Of a stretch of DNA of 64,000 nt, positions 1 to 14,500 are shown in pieces (within the stretch, counting starts at the first letter, position 1; every line of letters begins with the position of its first letter). The translations under genes and the position numbers were made by a program. This DNA is from Bugula neritina (lineage: Eukaryota > Animalia > Bryozoa): contig OZ037765.1 in the NCBI GenBank assembly GCA_964035545.1, positions 34,806,080-34,870,079 of the forward strand. Reading direction: 5' to 3'. The notes below the pieces were generated by a model that was not told where the DNA came from, searched no databases, and was given only the letters and a program-made list of their open reading frames with translations.

Positions 1-734
1 GGCTGATCCTGTGTTCTCCTCGCGTCATGTTCTTGCACTCATAATATTCTTACAGACAAAGCTTTCTGTACCAGAATCTTTGTATTAGAAAGTTTAAAAT
101 TTGCTGCAACAAGATTAGGGAGGGCCATGAGTCTGTAGAATATAGTGGTACAGTGTACAAGCTGTCAGTGGGCTTAAAGGTCTGTCCACAGTGTGGAAAT
201 CTTTAGATAAAACTGGGCAGCTCTGATTGGATGATGAGTTTAGATATTTAGAGATTCTCAGCCCAAGCACAATTCTTCTCAACACTCGCTACAAACATGA
301 CATGGCGTGTCTGAAGAGGTCTCTTTGGTCCTTCTTAGCTTTTCCACTACGTGTCCATTTTGTGATGGTTATTTTCAATAATTATGTTTTTCACCTGGAA
401 ACTCTCCAACGTGGCAGGCATTTAACCATACAATAAAGTGCAGATGGAAAAGGGCTCTCACAGAGCTGTGTTGATTCTATCATTCTATTCACTGAATCCA
501 TTATTTCAGTTGCTATTTTCTTAGTCAGTTTCTACAACTCTCCTTACAATAGCCAGTGTTCTTGTGTTGTTTCCGTTATTTTCACTTTCAATCTCAGTAT
601 CAGACCACTTTTGAGCTTTTTAAAATCATATTATAATCATGACTTCATTGTATGCTGCTATATCTAGAATGTTTGGAGTTGTTTTACCTCATAATTATTA
701 TTTTATTATGCTTTTAATATACAAGACGAATGGA

Positions 735-2064
735 TGTATATAACTAGTAGCAACTATTACTCTGTATATAACTAGTAGTAACTATTACTCTGTGTATATC
801 TAGTAGTAACTATTACTCTGTATATATCTAGTAGTAACTATTACTCTGTGTATATCTAGTAGTAACTATTACTCTGTATATAACTAATAGTAACTATTAC
901 TCTGTATAGTAACTAGTAGTAACTATTACTCTGTATATAACTATTAGTAACTATTACTCTGTATATAACTAATAGTAACTGTTACTCTGTATATAACTAG
1001 TAGTAACTATTACTCTGTATATATCTAGTAGTAACTATTACTCTGTATATATCTAGTAGTAACTATTACTCTGTATAGTAACTAGTAGTAACTATTACTC
1101 TGTATATAACTATCAGTAACTATTACTCTGTATATATCTAGTAGTAACTATTACTCTGTATATATCTAGTAGTAACTATTACTCTGTATATAACTAGTAG
1201 TAACTATTACTCTGTATATAACTAGTAGTAACTATTACTCTGTATATAACTAGTAGTAACTGTTACTCTGTATATAACTAATAGTAACTATTACTCTGTA
1301 TATAACTAGTAGTAACTATTACTCTGTATATAACTAGTAGTAACTATTACTCTGTATATAACTAGTAGTAACTATTACTCTGTATATAACTAGTAGTAAC
1401 TATTACTCTGTATATAACTAGTAGTAACTATTACTCTGTATATAACTAGTAGTAACTATTACTCTGTATATAACTAGTAGTAACTATTACTCTGTATATA
1501 TCTAGTAGTAACTATTACTCTGTGTATAACTAGTAGTAACTATTACTCTGTGTATAACTAGTAGTAACTATTACTCTGTATATAACTAGTAGTAACTATT
1601 ACTCTGTATATAACTAGTAGTAACTATTACTCTGTATATAACTAATAGTAACTATTACTCTGTATATAACTAATAGTAACTATTACTCTGTATATAACTA
1701 GTAGTAACTATTACTCTGTATATAACTAGTAGTAACTATTACTCTGTGTATATCTAGTAGTAACTATTACTCTGTGTATATCTAGTAGTAACTATTACTC
1801 TGTATATAACTAGTAGTAACTATTACTCTGTATATAACTAGTAGTAACTATTACTCTGTATATAACTAATAGTAACTATTACTCTGTATATAACTAATAG
1901 TAACTATTACTCTGTATATATCTAGTAGTAACTATTACTCTGTATATAACTAGTAGTAACTATTACTCTGTATGTAACTAGTAGTAACTATTACTCTGTA
2001 TATAACTAGTAGTAACTATTACTCTGTATGTAACTAGTAGTAACTATTACTCTGTATATAACTA
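735..2064. repeat. Intronic minisatellite, 28-bp unit (TATATAACTAGTAGTAACTATTACTCTG), about 47 copies
   Basis: Directly visible tandem array ending just before the MED16 acceptor at 2076. Confidence 0.95.
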
Positions 2065-2076
2065 TGCTGACTCTAG

Positions 2077-5000
2077 GTGTATCTTGCAGATTGGAATGGC
2101 AATGGCCAGTGAGTCAACTTTGACCTCGTGTGCTGACAGACTGACTGCTCTTCTACTTCAACATGTCAGGAACTCTTTCATGTCTATTCTATCAACTTCA
2201 GAGTATGAGGAGTGTGAACAGGTGAGTTACAGTGTCTACAGGTGAGTCTATAGGTGAGTCACAGTGTCTACAGGTGAGTCACACTGTCTACAGGTGAGTC
2301 TACAGGTGAGTCACAGTGTCTACAGGTGAGTCACACTGTATAGGTGAGTCTACAGGTGAGTCTACAGGTGAGTCACACTGTCTACAGGTAAGTCTACAGG
2401 TGAGTTACACTGTCTACAGGTGATTCACACTGTCTACAGGTGAGTCACAGTGTCTACAGGTGAGTCACACTGTCTACAGGTGAGTTACACTGTCTACAGG
2501 TGAGTCACACTGTCTACAGGTGAGTCACACTGTCTACAGGTAGTCTGAGAGTAAACTGCCAATTTGAAGAGCATTTCCAATGTCAATACTGTAAACTTGC
2601 TGCAGAATTTATTAGAGAAGACAACTCATAAATATGATCCAACAGCTACATATTCCCCAGTTTTGTAATTACTTTATATTCATATTGATGAGTTGAACTC
2701 AACACATCAGCGTGTAGTGGGGGATGAATAATCTGATAACTAATAGAATTTGATTTGATATCCACTGTGAATAATAATCAACTATTACAGTACAGAAAAG
2801 ATAATTATATTGAGTTAATATAATGTAATTCCTTCATTAATTAAGTTGTAATTCTAGTAACTACAGTTTATTTTTATTATCCTTAGTAATTCAATAGACA
2901 GAAAATGAGTAATTCTCAATAATTTAATAATTCTACTGTTCTGGTTAAATGAATAACAAGTGGGGATAACTTTTAATGTTTTCTTTTTGTGCCACATCTC
3001 GTATTACTGTATAACCGTATGTATTACAGAGTATACTATATACAGTACACTGTGCTACATATCGTATTACTGCATAATCGTATGTATTACAGAGTATACT
3101 ATATACAGTACACTGTGCTACATATCGTATTACTGTATAACCGTATGTATTACAGAGTATACTAGATACAGTACACTATGCTACATCTCGTATTACTGTA
3201 TAGCTGTATGTATTACAGAGTATACTATATACAGTACACTGTGCTACATCTCGTATTACTGTATAGCTGTATGTATTACAGAGTATACTATATACAGTAC
3301 ACTGTGCTACATCTCGCATTACTGTATAGCTGTATGTATTACAGAGTATACTATATACAGTACACTGTGCTACATCTCGTATTACTGTATAGCTGTATGT
3401 ATTACAGAGTATACTATATACAGTACACTGTGCTACATATCGTATTACTGTATAGCTGTATGTATTACAGAGTATACTATATACAGTACACTGTGCTACA
3501 TATCGTATTACTGTATAGCTGTATGTATTACAGAGTATACTATATACAGTACACTGTGCTACATATCGTATTACTGTATAGTCGTATGTATTACAGAGTA
3601 TACTATATACAGTACACTGTGCTACATATCGTATTACTGTATAGCTGTATGTATTACAGAGTATACTATATACAGTACACTGTGCCACATATCGTATTAC
3701 TGTATAGCTGTATGTATTACAGAGTATACTATATACAGTACACTGTGCCACATATCGTATTACTGTATAGCTGTATGTATTACAGAGTGTACTATATACA
3801 GTACACTGTGCTACATATCGTATTACTGTATAGCTGTATGTATTACAGAGTATACTATATACAGTACACTGTGCTACATCTCGTATTACTGTATAGTCGT
3901 GTGTATTACAGAGTATACTATATACAGTACACTGTGCTACATATCGTATTACTGTATAGCTGTATGTATTACAGAGTATACTATATACAGTACACTGTGC
4001 TACATCTCGTATTACTGTATAGCTGTATGTATTACAGAGTATACTATATACAGTACACTGTGCTACATCTCGTATTACTGCATAGTCGTATGTATTACAG
4101 AGTATACTAGATACAGTACACTGTGCCACATATCGTATTACTGTATAGCTGTATGTATTACAGAGTATACTAGATACAGTACACTGTGCCACATATCGTA
4201 TTACTGTATAGCCGTATGTATTACAGAGTATACTATATACAGTACACTGTGCTACATCTCGTATTACTGTATAGTCGTATGTATTACAGAGTATACTAGA
4301 TACAGTACACTGTGCCACATATCGTATTACTGTATAGCTGTATGTATTACAGAGTATACTAGATACAGTACACTGTGCCACATATCGTATTACTGTATAG
4401 CCGTATGTATTACAGAGTATACTATATACAGTACACTGTGCTACATCTCGTATTACTGTATAGTCGTATGTATTACAGAGTATACTATATACAGTACACT
4501 GTGCTACATATCGTATTACTGCATAGTCGTATGTATTACAGAGTATACTAGATACAGTACACTGTGCCACATATCGTATTACTGTATAGCTGTATGTATT
4601 ACAGAGTATACTAGATACAGTACACTGTGCCACATATCGTATTACTGTATAGCTGTATGTATTACAGAGTATACTAGATACAGTACACTGTGCCACATAT
4701 CGTATTACTGTATAGCCGTATGTATTACAGAGTATACTATATACAGTACACTGTGCTACATCTCGTATTACTGTATAGTCGTATGTATTACAGAGTATAC
4801 TATATACAGTACACTGTGCTACATCTCGTATTACTGTATAGTCGTATGTATTACAGAGTATACTATATACAGTACACTGTGCCACATCTCGTATTACTGT
4901 ATAGTCGTATGTATTACAGAGTATACTATATACAGTACACTGTGCCACATCTCGTATTACTGTATAGTCGTATGTATTACAGAGTATACTATATACAGTA

Positions 5001-7701
5001 CACTGTGCCACATCTCGTATTACTGTATAGTCGTATGTATTACAGAGTATACTATATACAGTACACTGTGCCACATATCGTATTACTGCATAGTCGTATG
5101 TATTACAGAGTATACTATATACAGTACACTGTGCCACATCTCGTATTACTGCATAGTCGTATGTATTACAGAGTATACTATATACAGTACACTGTGCCAC
5201 ATATCGTATTACTGCATAGTCGTATGTATTACAGAGTATACTATATACAGTACACTGTGCCACATCTCGTATTACTGCATAGTCGTATGTATTACAGAGT
5301 ATACTATATACAGTACACTGTGCTACATCTCGTATTACTGTATAGCTGTATGTATTACAGAGTATACTATATACAGTACACTGTGCTACATCTCGCATTA
5401 CTGTATAGCTGTATGTATTACAGAGTATACTATATACAGTACACTGTGCTACATCTCGTATTACTGTATAGCTGTATGTATTACAGAGTATACTATATAC
5501 AGTACACTGTGCCACATCTCGTATTACTGCATAGTCGTATGTATTACAGAGTATACTATATACAGTACACTGTGCCACATCTCGTATTACTGTATAGTCG
5601 TATGTATTACAGAGTATACTATATACAGTACACTGTGCCACATCTCGTATTACTGTATAGTCGTATGTATTACAGAGTATACTATATACAGTACACTGTG
5701 CCACATCTCGTATTACTGTATAGTCGTATGTATTACAGAGTATACTATATACAGTACACTGTGCCACATCTCGTATTACTGTATAGTCGTATGTATTACA
5801 GAGTATACTATATACAGTACACTGTGCTACATCTCGTATTACTGTATAGTCGTATGTATTACAGAGTGCAGAAGAGAAGTTCACTGAGATACTCTCAGCA
5901 CCAGCTAACATCTCCGAACAGGATATTGATAAGTTGATCTCTCTTCTAGAACCTTCTTCTGACTTCCTGCCTGACGAGTGTACGTCTCACGTCTATAATA
6001 TATACTTACTCTTTGTATTGTATATAATACATACTTACTCTTTGTATTGTATATGATATATACTTACATTGTGTATTGTATATAATATATACTTACATTG
6101 TGTATTGTATATGATATATACTTACATTGTGTATTGTGTATAATATATACTTACATTGTGTATTGTATATAATATATACTTACATTGTGTATTGTATATA
6201 ATATATACTTACATTGTGTATTGTATATAATATATACTTACATTGTGTATTGTATATGATATATACTTACATTGTGTATTGTGTATAATATATACTTACA
6301 TTGTGTATTGTATATAATATATACTTACATTGTGTATTGTATATAATATATACTTACATTATGTATTGTATATAATATATACTTACTCTTTGTATTGTAC
6401 ATAGTATATACTTACATTGCGTAATGTATATAATATATACTTACATTGCGTATTGTATATTTGTACAAGATGTTGTGGTAGTTGTCTTCCCACACATTCA
6501 TAGACTCAGTTCTAAGGATTAGAGTTGCAGTTATCTCTAAACACTTTATTTGTGTTTCATTACTGCCTTGTGTAGACATCTATGTAAAATATCTGCAGTT
6601 TTCCACAAGTGACAGAGAAGACAACTTACAAATATATTTCTGCTGACACAAACTAATTATTTGTAGCTGTGGGCGTCACGTTCCAGCCAACGGTGCAGTG
6701 GGTGTGTGAACTGACAATAACGATCCTCAGTAGTATTCCCGACTACACATCTCCCGCCACCAGCGGCTCCTGGCTAGCCAAAGATCTGAAGTCTGTAGAT
6801 AGCCTCAGAGAGCTGCTCGTGCTCATCAGGTTGTGGGCAGGTGCCAACACCCTCCCCAAACTACGGCCCACACTCTCCTGTAGTGCTGAGTTTGACGCTC
6901 TGGCTAAGCTGTTCAGACTGGTGACTATGCTCAGCACAGCTGTGAGGGAGGGCAACTCCCTGCCCGACACGCTTGTTGAGGAATGTAGTCTAATCAGCTT
7001 CCAGGTACCTACAGCTGACTCTTGTGAGTGGAAGATACGAAACTGAACTCTTCACACATAATATACTGTGTTTATTTCTGTAGCCTCAGCTCTACTGTGT
7101 TTCTTAGCTTGTGATCCCACCGTTTGAGAAGAGTATATGTTGGAGTCAACTGCCAGCACTGTTAGCCTTGGAGTCCCAGTCTACGTACGCATTCGGGGAG
7201 GGGACGGTGAGTGTGGGGTGCCTCAAGCTGCCCTTTGGACAATACTGCAGTAATGGCAAGAAGGACATCTTTACGCAGATCGCTGTCAACAGTCTGGATG
7301 AGTATAAGAGATGTGTGAGGTTAGTAAGTTCACTCTGTGAGGATATGATGTCATAGTGTCTGCAACATAGTCTAAAAGATCTGCAATGTGGTTTCATCTA
7401 CCTGTTAGAAATACACGTCTGATAAATGTCATTCAGCCATGAATCTCGTGTTATCTTCTTCTGGAACAAGTTAATACTGTTGTTAAAGCTGTTCTTATTT
7501 CTGCAGATCTTTTTCTGTTGATTATATTGAATATTTCTTGCAGTGATATTTAGGAGTTATCTCACTTGTATATACACTGTTTTCAGATGCCATGCCATGA
7601 CTAACTTCAACAGACACACACCAGAACAACCTAAGACCAGGGCAAACATGGCCCCTCACTATTGTATATGTGGAGGACTTTGGTTTGTGGTACCATCCTG
7701 A
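2077..7701 (+). CDS. MED16: Mediator complex subunit 16, 3' part (exons 2077-2221, 5865-5979, 6667-7004, 7108-7319, 7587-7701; upstream exons not identified in the window)
   Basis: GT-AG exons join in frame: CILQIGMAMASES...LLLQHVRNSFMSIL / SAEEKFTEIL...DIDKLISLL / FQPTVQWVCELTITILSSIP...LRELLVLIRLW / KRCVRC...CICGGLW-stop. The DIDK, QWV, LRELLVxIRxW and RCxRC...CxCGGLW motifs match my recollection of the MED16 C-terminus. Confidence 0.85.
2222..2541 (+). repeat. About 20-bp tandem repeat (CAGGTGAGTCACACTGTCTA) built on the splice-donor consensus
   Basis: Directly visible; starts at the MED16 donor at 2222. Confidence 0.9.
2988..5868. repeat. Intronic minisatellite, 63-bp unit, about 45 copies
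   Basis: Directly visible; explains the 21-aa periodic ORFs on both strands. Confidence 0.95.
5995..6460. repeat. Intronic minisatellite, 29-bp unit (TATAATATATACTTACATTGTGTATTGTA)
   Basis: Directly visible tandem array. Confidence 0.9.
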
Positions 7702-8024
7702 TTCTATAGACGGCCCACTGCTACAGGATCTACCTGATCATACACTTATTAGGACTGTATTTCAACTAAGAGTCTCTTCTAAAAGGAATAATGTTGAATG
7801 ACAGGTTTTGTGAGACTTTTATTTATTAAAAAACAATTTTTCTCAGCTGTGAACTAAAGTTACCTCCCCTTTTCTGCAAAATGGCTGCAATGTGTATAAA
7901 CATGACGATGTGTTAATATTCCCTTCTCATGGCAACAGGTGCAATCAGTGATGTATTTGTATATATTATGTATATAAAATTTAGTTTGTATGTATCAGAT
8001 TATTGGACTTGTCTACTATATGGT

Positions 8025-8242
8025 AGTGATTAGTAGCACTCACTAGTAATTAGTAGCACTCACTAGTAATTAGTAGCACTCACTATTAACTAATGAGTGC
8101 TACTAGTAACTAGTGAGTACTATTAGTTACTAGTGAGTACTACAAGTTACTAGTGAGTACTACAAGTTACTAGTGAGTACTACTAGTTACTAGTAAGTAC
8201 TACTAGTTACTAATAAGTGATGCCAGTTACTAGTAACTAGTT
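8025..8242. repeat. 20-bp tandem repeat in head-to-head (inverted) arrangement between convergent genes
   Basis: TAGTAGCACTCACTAGTAAT x3, followed by reverse-complement-like GTTACTAGTGAGTACTACTA units. Confidence 0.75.
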
Positions 8243-8540
8243 ATCTAATAACAGTAACTCATAATAATTCGTATACTGACTAATGTTAATTTTCAATTCA
8301 GTTAAGCCATTTTTATTCTACTGATTTTTTACATTATATAATTTTTATTTTGCGCTGTAAATATGAGAAAATAAATACAATATTGATACAATGCACTGTG
8401 AAGCAACTAATTTTCAAACTAAATATAGAATAGTATTAATAGATACAATACAATGTAAACACACATGTAAATAGACAATGGACGCAATATAAAGGATGGA
8501 GTATGAGTATAATCTAGTTGTTGCATTGTGGGATAACATC

Positions 8541-11500
8541 CTATTCCTGCTTATCACTCGACTCCTTCTTGTTTTTTCTTACCGTCTGCACATGAATAGC
8601 CTGCGAACATAATGAGTGAATATTACACCGACTCCACACGTGGAACACCAACAGTATTATACAGCTGTGCAACTTGTGTTACCAAACAATAGTGATGGCA
8701 ACTCACGTGTTCCTTAAGTCTTTCCAGCAGCTGATTCGTCTGCTCTTGTCGGTTCCTAAAACTAGTCTCTAACCTCTCCATCTGTTTCTCCTCGATCTCT
8801 TCAGCATGAGCAGCGTTTGCCTCTTCAACACTTTTCTTAGCTTCCATAATCTTGGAGTCCTGCCAACAGTTGCTACGTCAGCTTACTAACACTATACAGA
8901 GTACACAGTATACTAACACTATACAGAGTACACAGAGTACACAGAGTATACAGAGTATAAAGAGTATACAGAGTACACAGAGTATACAGAGTACACAGAG
9001 TATACAGAGTATACAGAGTATACAGAGTACAAAGAGTATACAGAGTACAAAGAGTACAAAGAGTATAAAGTACGTCTGCTACTCACATGCTCTTTGATTC
9101 TCTCAAGAAGTCCACTCAGCTGTTTATTCCTTCTGTCCTCCGCCAGTTCCAGCTCTTCTGTGACCCTCTCACTCAGCTGTTTCCTGGCGCTCTCCAGCAT
9201 TCGGTTCATTTCCTCAAAGTTTTTCGACTTGATATATGAAACAAAGAGTGGTGCTGACACTACTTCAAGTTCTACAGTAACTATTCTATGACATGTTTGG
9301 ATACAGTGACAGCAGCCCTCTCAACAAGGTCACCAACTGATAGACTTAGTGCTGGCACGGTCATCAGTTTCTCACATATTTAGGGCTGTAATGCCACCTC
9401 AGAACAACTCACATGATTCTCCAGCCTCTCTCGGATTTTCTTTCTTTTTTCTTCCAAAAGGAGTTGTCTGTTCATCTCCTTTGCTTCCAGATCTGCCACC
9501 AGCTCCTCCTCTAATTGCTTCTTCTTCTTCTCCGTCTCTTCCTGCAGCCGCTGGGCTTTCTCTTGAGCTCTTTTGAATTCAGTGGCAGCGGCCTCCTGTT
9601 TCTGTGACTTGAGGCTCTGAAATTACAGCATATAGTAGGTAATATACAGTAGTTACAGTGTATAGTAGGTAATATACAGTAGTTACAGTGTATAGTAGGT
9701 AATATACAGTATTTACAGTATATAGTAGGTAATATACAGTAGTTACAGTGTATAGTAGGTAATATACAGTAGTTACAGTGTATAGTAGGTAATATACAGT
9801 AGTTACAGTGTATAGTAGGTAATATACAGTAGTTACAGTGTATAGTAGGTAATATACAGTAGTTACAGTGTATAGTAGGTAATATACAGTAGTTACAGCA
9901 TATAGTAGGTATTATACAGTAGTTACAGTGTATAGTAGGTAATATACAGTAGTTACAGTGTATAGTAGGTAATATACAGTAGTTACAGCATATAGTAGGT
10001 ATTATACAGTAGTTACAGTGTATAGTAGGTAATATACAGTAGTTACAGTATATAGTAGGTAATATACAGTAGTTACAGCATATAGTAGGTAATATACAGT
10101 AGTTACAGCACATAGTAGGTAATATACAGTAGTTACAGTGTATAGTAGGTAATATACAGTAGTTACAGTGTATAGTCGGTAATATACAGTAGTTACAGTG
10201 TATAGTAGGTAATATACAGTAGTTACAGTGTATAGTAGGTAATATACAGTATTTACAGTGTATCGTGGGTAATATACAGTAGTTACAGTACATAGTAGGT
10301 AATATACAGTAGTTACAGTGTATAGTAGGTAATATACAGTAGTTACAGTATATAGTAGGTAATATACAGTAGTTACAGCATATAGTAGGTAATATGCAGT
10401 AGTTACAGTGTATAGTCGGTAATATACAGTAGTTACAGTGTATAGTAGGTAATATACAGTAGTTACAGTGTATAGTAGGTAATATACAGTATTTACAGTG
10501 TATCGTGGGTAATATACAGTAGTTACAGTATATAGTAGGTAATATACAGTAGTTACAGTGTATAGTAGGTAACATACAGTAGTTACAGTGTATAGTAGGT
10601 AATATACAGTATTTACAGTGTATCGTGGGTAATATACAGTAGTTACAGTGTATAGTAGGTAATATACAGTAGTTACAGTGTATAGTAGGTAATATACAGT
10701 AGTTACAGTATATAGTGGGTAATATACAGTAGTTACAGTGTATAGTAGGTAATATACAGTAGTTACAGTGTATAGTAGGTAATATACAGTATGTACAGTG
10801 TATAGTAGGTAATATACAGTAGTTACAGTGTATAGTAGGTAACATACAGTAGTTACAGTACATAGTAGGTAATATACAGTAGTTACAGTGTATAGTCGGT
10901 AATATACAGTAGTTACAGTGTATAGTAGGTAATATACAGTAGTTACAGCACATAGTAGGTAATATACAGTAGTTACAGTGTATAGTAGGTAATATACAGT
11001 AGTTACAGTGTATAGTAGGTAATATACAGTAGTTACAGTATATAGTAGGTAATATACAGTAGTTACAGTGTATAGTAGGTAATATACAGTATTTACAGCA
11101 TATAGTAGGTAATATACAGTAGTTACAGTACATAGTAGGTAATATACAGTAGTTACAGTGTATAGTAGGTAATATACAGTAGTTACAGTGTATAGTAGGT
11201 AATATACAGTAGTTACAGTGTATAGTAGGTAATATACAGTAGTTACAGTGTATAGTAGGTAATATACAGTAGTTACAGTGTATAGTAGGTAGTATACAGT
11301 AGTTACAGTGTATAGTAGGTATTATACAGTAGTTACAGTACATAGTAGGTAATATACAGTAGTTACAGTGTATAGTAGGTAATATACAGTAGTTACAGTA
11401 TATAGTAGGTAATATACAGTAGTTACAGCATATAGTCGGTAATATACAGTAGTTACAGTACATAGTAGGTAATATACAGTAGTTACAGTATATAGTAGGT

Positions 11501-14500
11501 AATATACAGTATTTACAGCATATAGTAGGTAATATACAGTAGTTACAGTATATAGTAGGTAATATACAGTATTTACAGCATATAGTAGGTAATATACAGT
11601 AGTTACAGTACATAGTAGGTAATATACAGTAGTTACAGTATATAGTAGGTAATATACAGTAGTTACAGTATATAGTAGGTAATATACAGTAGTTACAGTA
11701 TATAGTAGGTAATATACAGTAGTTACAGTATATAGTAGGTAATATACAGTAGTTACAGTGTATAGTAGGTAATATACAGTAGTTACAGTGTATAGTAGGT
11801 AATATACAGTAGTTACAGTGTATAGTAGGTAATATACAGTAGTTACAGTGTATAATAGGTAATATACAGTAGTTACAGTGTATAGTAGGTAATATACAGT
11901 AGTTACAGTGTATAGTAGGTAACATACAGTAGTTACAGTACATAGTAGGTAATATACAGTAGTTACAGTGTATAGTCGGTAATATACAGTAGTTACAGCA
12001 CATAGTAGGTAATATACAGTAGTTACAGTGTATAGTAGGTAATATACAGTAGTTACAGTGTATAGTAGGTAATATACAGTAGTTACAGTATATAGTAGGT
12101 AATATACAGTAGTTACAGTGTATAGTAGGTAATATACAGTAGTTACAGTATATAGTAGGTATAATACAGTAGTTACAGTGTATAGTAGGTAATATACAGT
12201 ATTTACAGTGTATAGTAGGTAATATACAGTAGTTACAGTATATAGTAGGTAATATACAGTAGTTACAGTGTATAGTAGGTAATATACAGTAGTTACAGTG
12301 TATAGTAGGTAATATACAGTAGTTACAGTATATAGTAGGTAATATACAGTAGTTACAGTGTATAGTAGGTAATATACAGTAGTTACAGTATATAGTAGGT
12401 AATATACAGTAGTTACAGTGTATAGTAGGTAATATACAGTATTTACAGTGTATCGTGGGTAATATACAGTAGTTACAGTGTATAGTAGGTAATATACAGT
12501 AGTTACGGTGTATAGTAGGTAATATACAGTAGTTACAGTGTATAGTAGGTAATATACAGTATTTACAGTATATAGTAGGTGTTATACAGTAGTTACAGTG
12601 TATAGTAGGTAATATACAGTAATTACATTGTATAGTAGGTAATATACAGTAGTTACAGTGTATAGTATGTAAAATACAGTAGTTACAGTGTATAGTAGGT
12701 AATATACAGTATTTACAGTGTATCGTGGGTAATATACAGTAGTTACAGTGTATAGTAGGTAATATACAGTAATTACATTGTATAGTAGGTAATATACAGT
12801 AGTTACAGTATATAGTAGGTAAAATACAGTAGTTACAGTGTATAGTAGGTAATATACAGTATTTACAGTGTATCGTGGGTAATATACAGTAGTTACAGTG
12901 TATAGTAGGTAATATACAGTATTTACAGTGTATAGTAGGTAATATACAGTAGTTACAGTGTATAGTAGGTAATATACAGTATTTACAGTGTATCGTGGGT
13001 AATATACAGTAGTTACAGTGTATAGTAGGTAATATACAGTATGTACAGTGTATAGTAGGTAATATACAGTAGTTACAGTGTATAGTAGGTAATATACAGT
13101 AGTTACAGTATATAGTAGGTAATATACAGTAGTTACAGTGTATAGTAGGTAATATACAGTAGTTACAGTGTATAGTAGGTAATATACAGTAGTTACAGTG
13201 TATAGTAGGTAATATACAGTAGTTACAGTGTATAGTAGGTAATATACAGTAGTTACAGTATATAGTAGGTAATATACAGTAGTTACAGTGTATAGTAGGT
13301 AATATACAGTAGTTACAGTGTATAGTAGGTAATATACAGTAGTTACAGTGTATAGTAGGTAATATACAGTAGTTACAGTGTGTAGTAGGTAATATACAGT
13401 AGTTACAGTGTATAGTAGGTAATATACAGTAGTTACAGTATATAGTAGGTAATATACAGTAGTTACAGTGTATAGTAGGTAATATACAGTAGTTACAGTG
13501 TATAGTAGGTAATATACAGTAGTTACAGTGTATAGTAGGTAATATACAGTAGTTACAGTGTATAGTAGGTAATATACAGTAGTTACAGTATATAGTAGGT
13601 AATATACAGTAGTTACAGTGTATAGTAGGTAATATACAGTAGTTACAGTGTATAGTAGGTAATATACAGTAGTTACAGTGTATAGTAGGTAATATACAGT
13701 AGTTACAGTGTGTAGTAGGTAATATACAGTAGTTACGGTGTATAGTAGGTAATATACAGTAGTTACAGTGTATAGTAGGTAATATACAGTAGTTACAGTA
13801 TATAGTAGGTAATATACAGTAGTTACAGTGTATAGTAGGTAATATACAGTAGTTACAGTGTATAGTAGGTAATATACAGTAGTTACAGTGTATAGTAGGT
13901 AATATACAGTAGTTACAGTGTGTAGTAGGTAATATACAGTAGTTACGGTGTATAGTAGGTAATATACAGTAGTTACAGTGTATAGTAGGTAATATACAGT
14001 AGTTACAGTATATAGTAGGTAATATACAGTAGTTACAGTGTATAGTAGGTAATATACAGTAGTTACAGTATATAGTAGGTAACATACAGTAGTTACAGTG
14101 TATAGTAGGTAATATACAGTAGTTACAGTATATAGTAGGTAATATACAGTAGTTACAGTGTATAGTAGGTATTATACAGTAGCCATTGTTACTGTATTAA
14201 ATTGTCAATAAAAAATCCATGCCATTTCTTTGTATATTATTGATTGAGATAATTAGTTGCACCAGGTGGAAATGTCTAACTAGTTGCACCAGGTGGAAAT
14301 GTCTAACAATAGCTAAACAAGACTGTAAAGACCTCAAAGAGTGTATTAGCCATGGCTAGCTGCGAGACATCTGCTCTAGTCTAGACTTATACTAGATAGC
14401 TAAAGCTACTCCCATACAACAACATTTATACCAACAATGTTGAACTTTCACTGTTGAGCAGAAATAAAGTGAAATGAGACTTGTACTCACCAGACGGCGC

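Noticed and set aside
1-560. Possible decayed coding or TE sequence
   Set aside because: No recognisable motif in any frame.
2960-5937. 975, 911, 415 and 310 aa Cys/Tyr-rich ORFs
   Set aside because: Translations of a 63-bp intronic minisatellite, open on both strands by chance.
9511-14085. 1524-aa (CNYCILPTIH)n ORF resembling a metal-binding repeat protein
   Set aside because: A 30-bp minisatellite inside a stathmin intron; the frame does not match the flanking exon.
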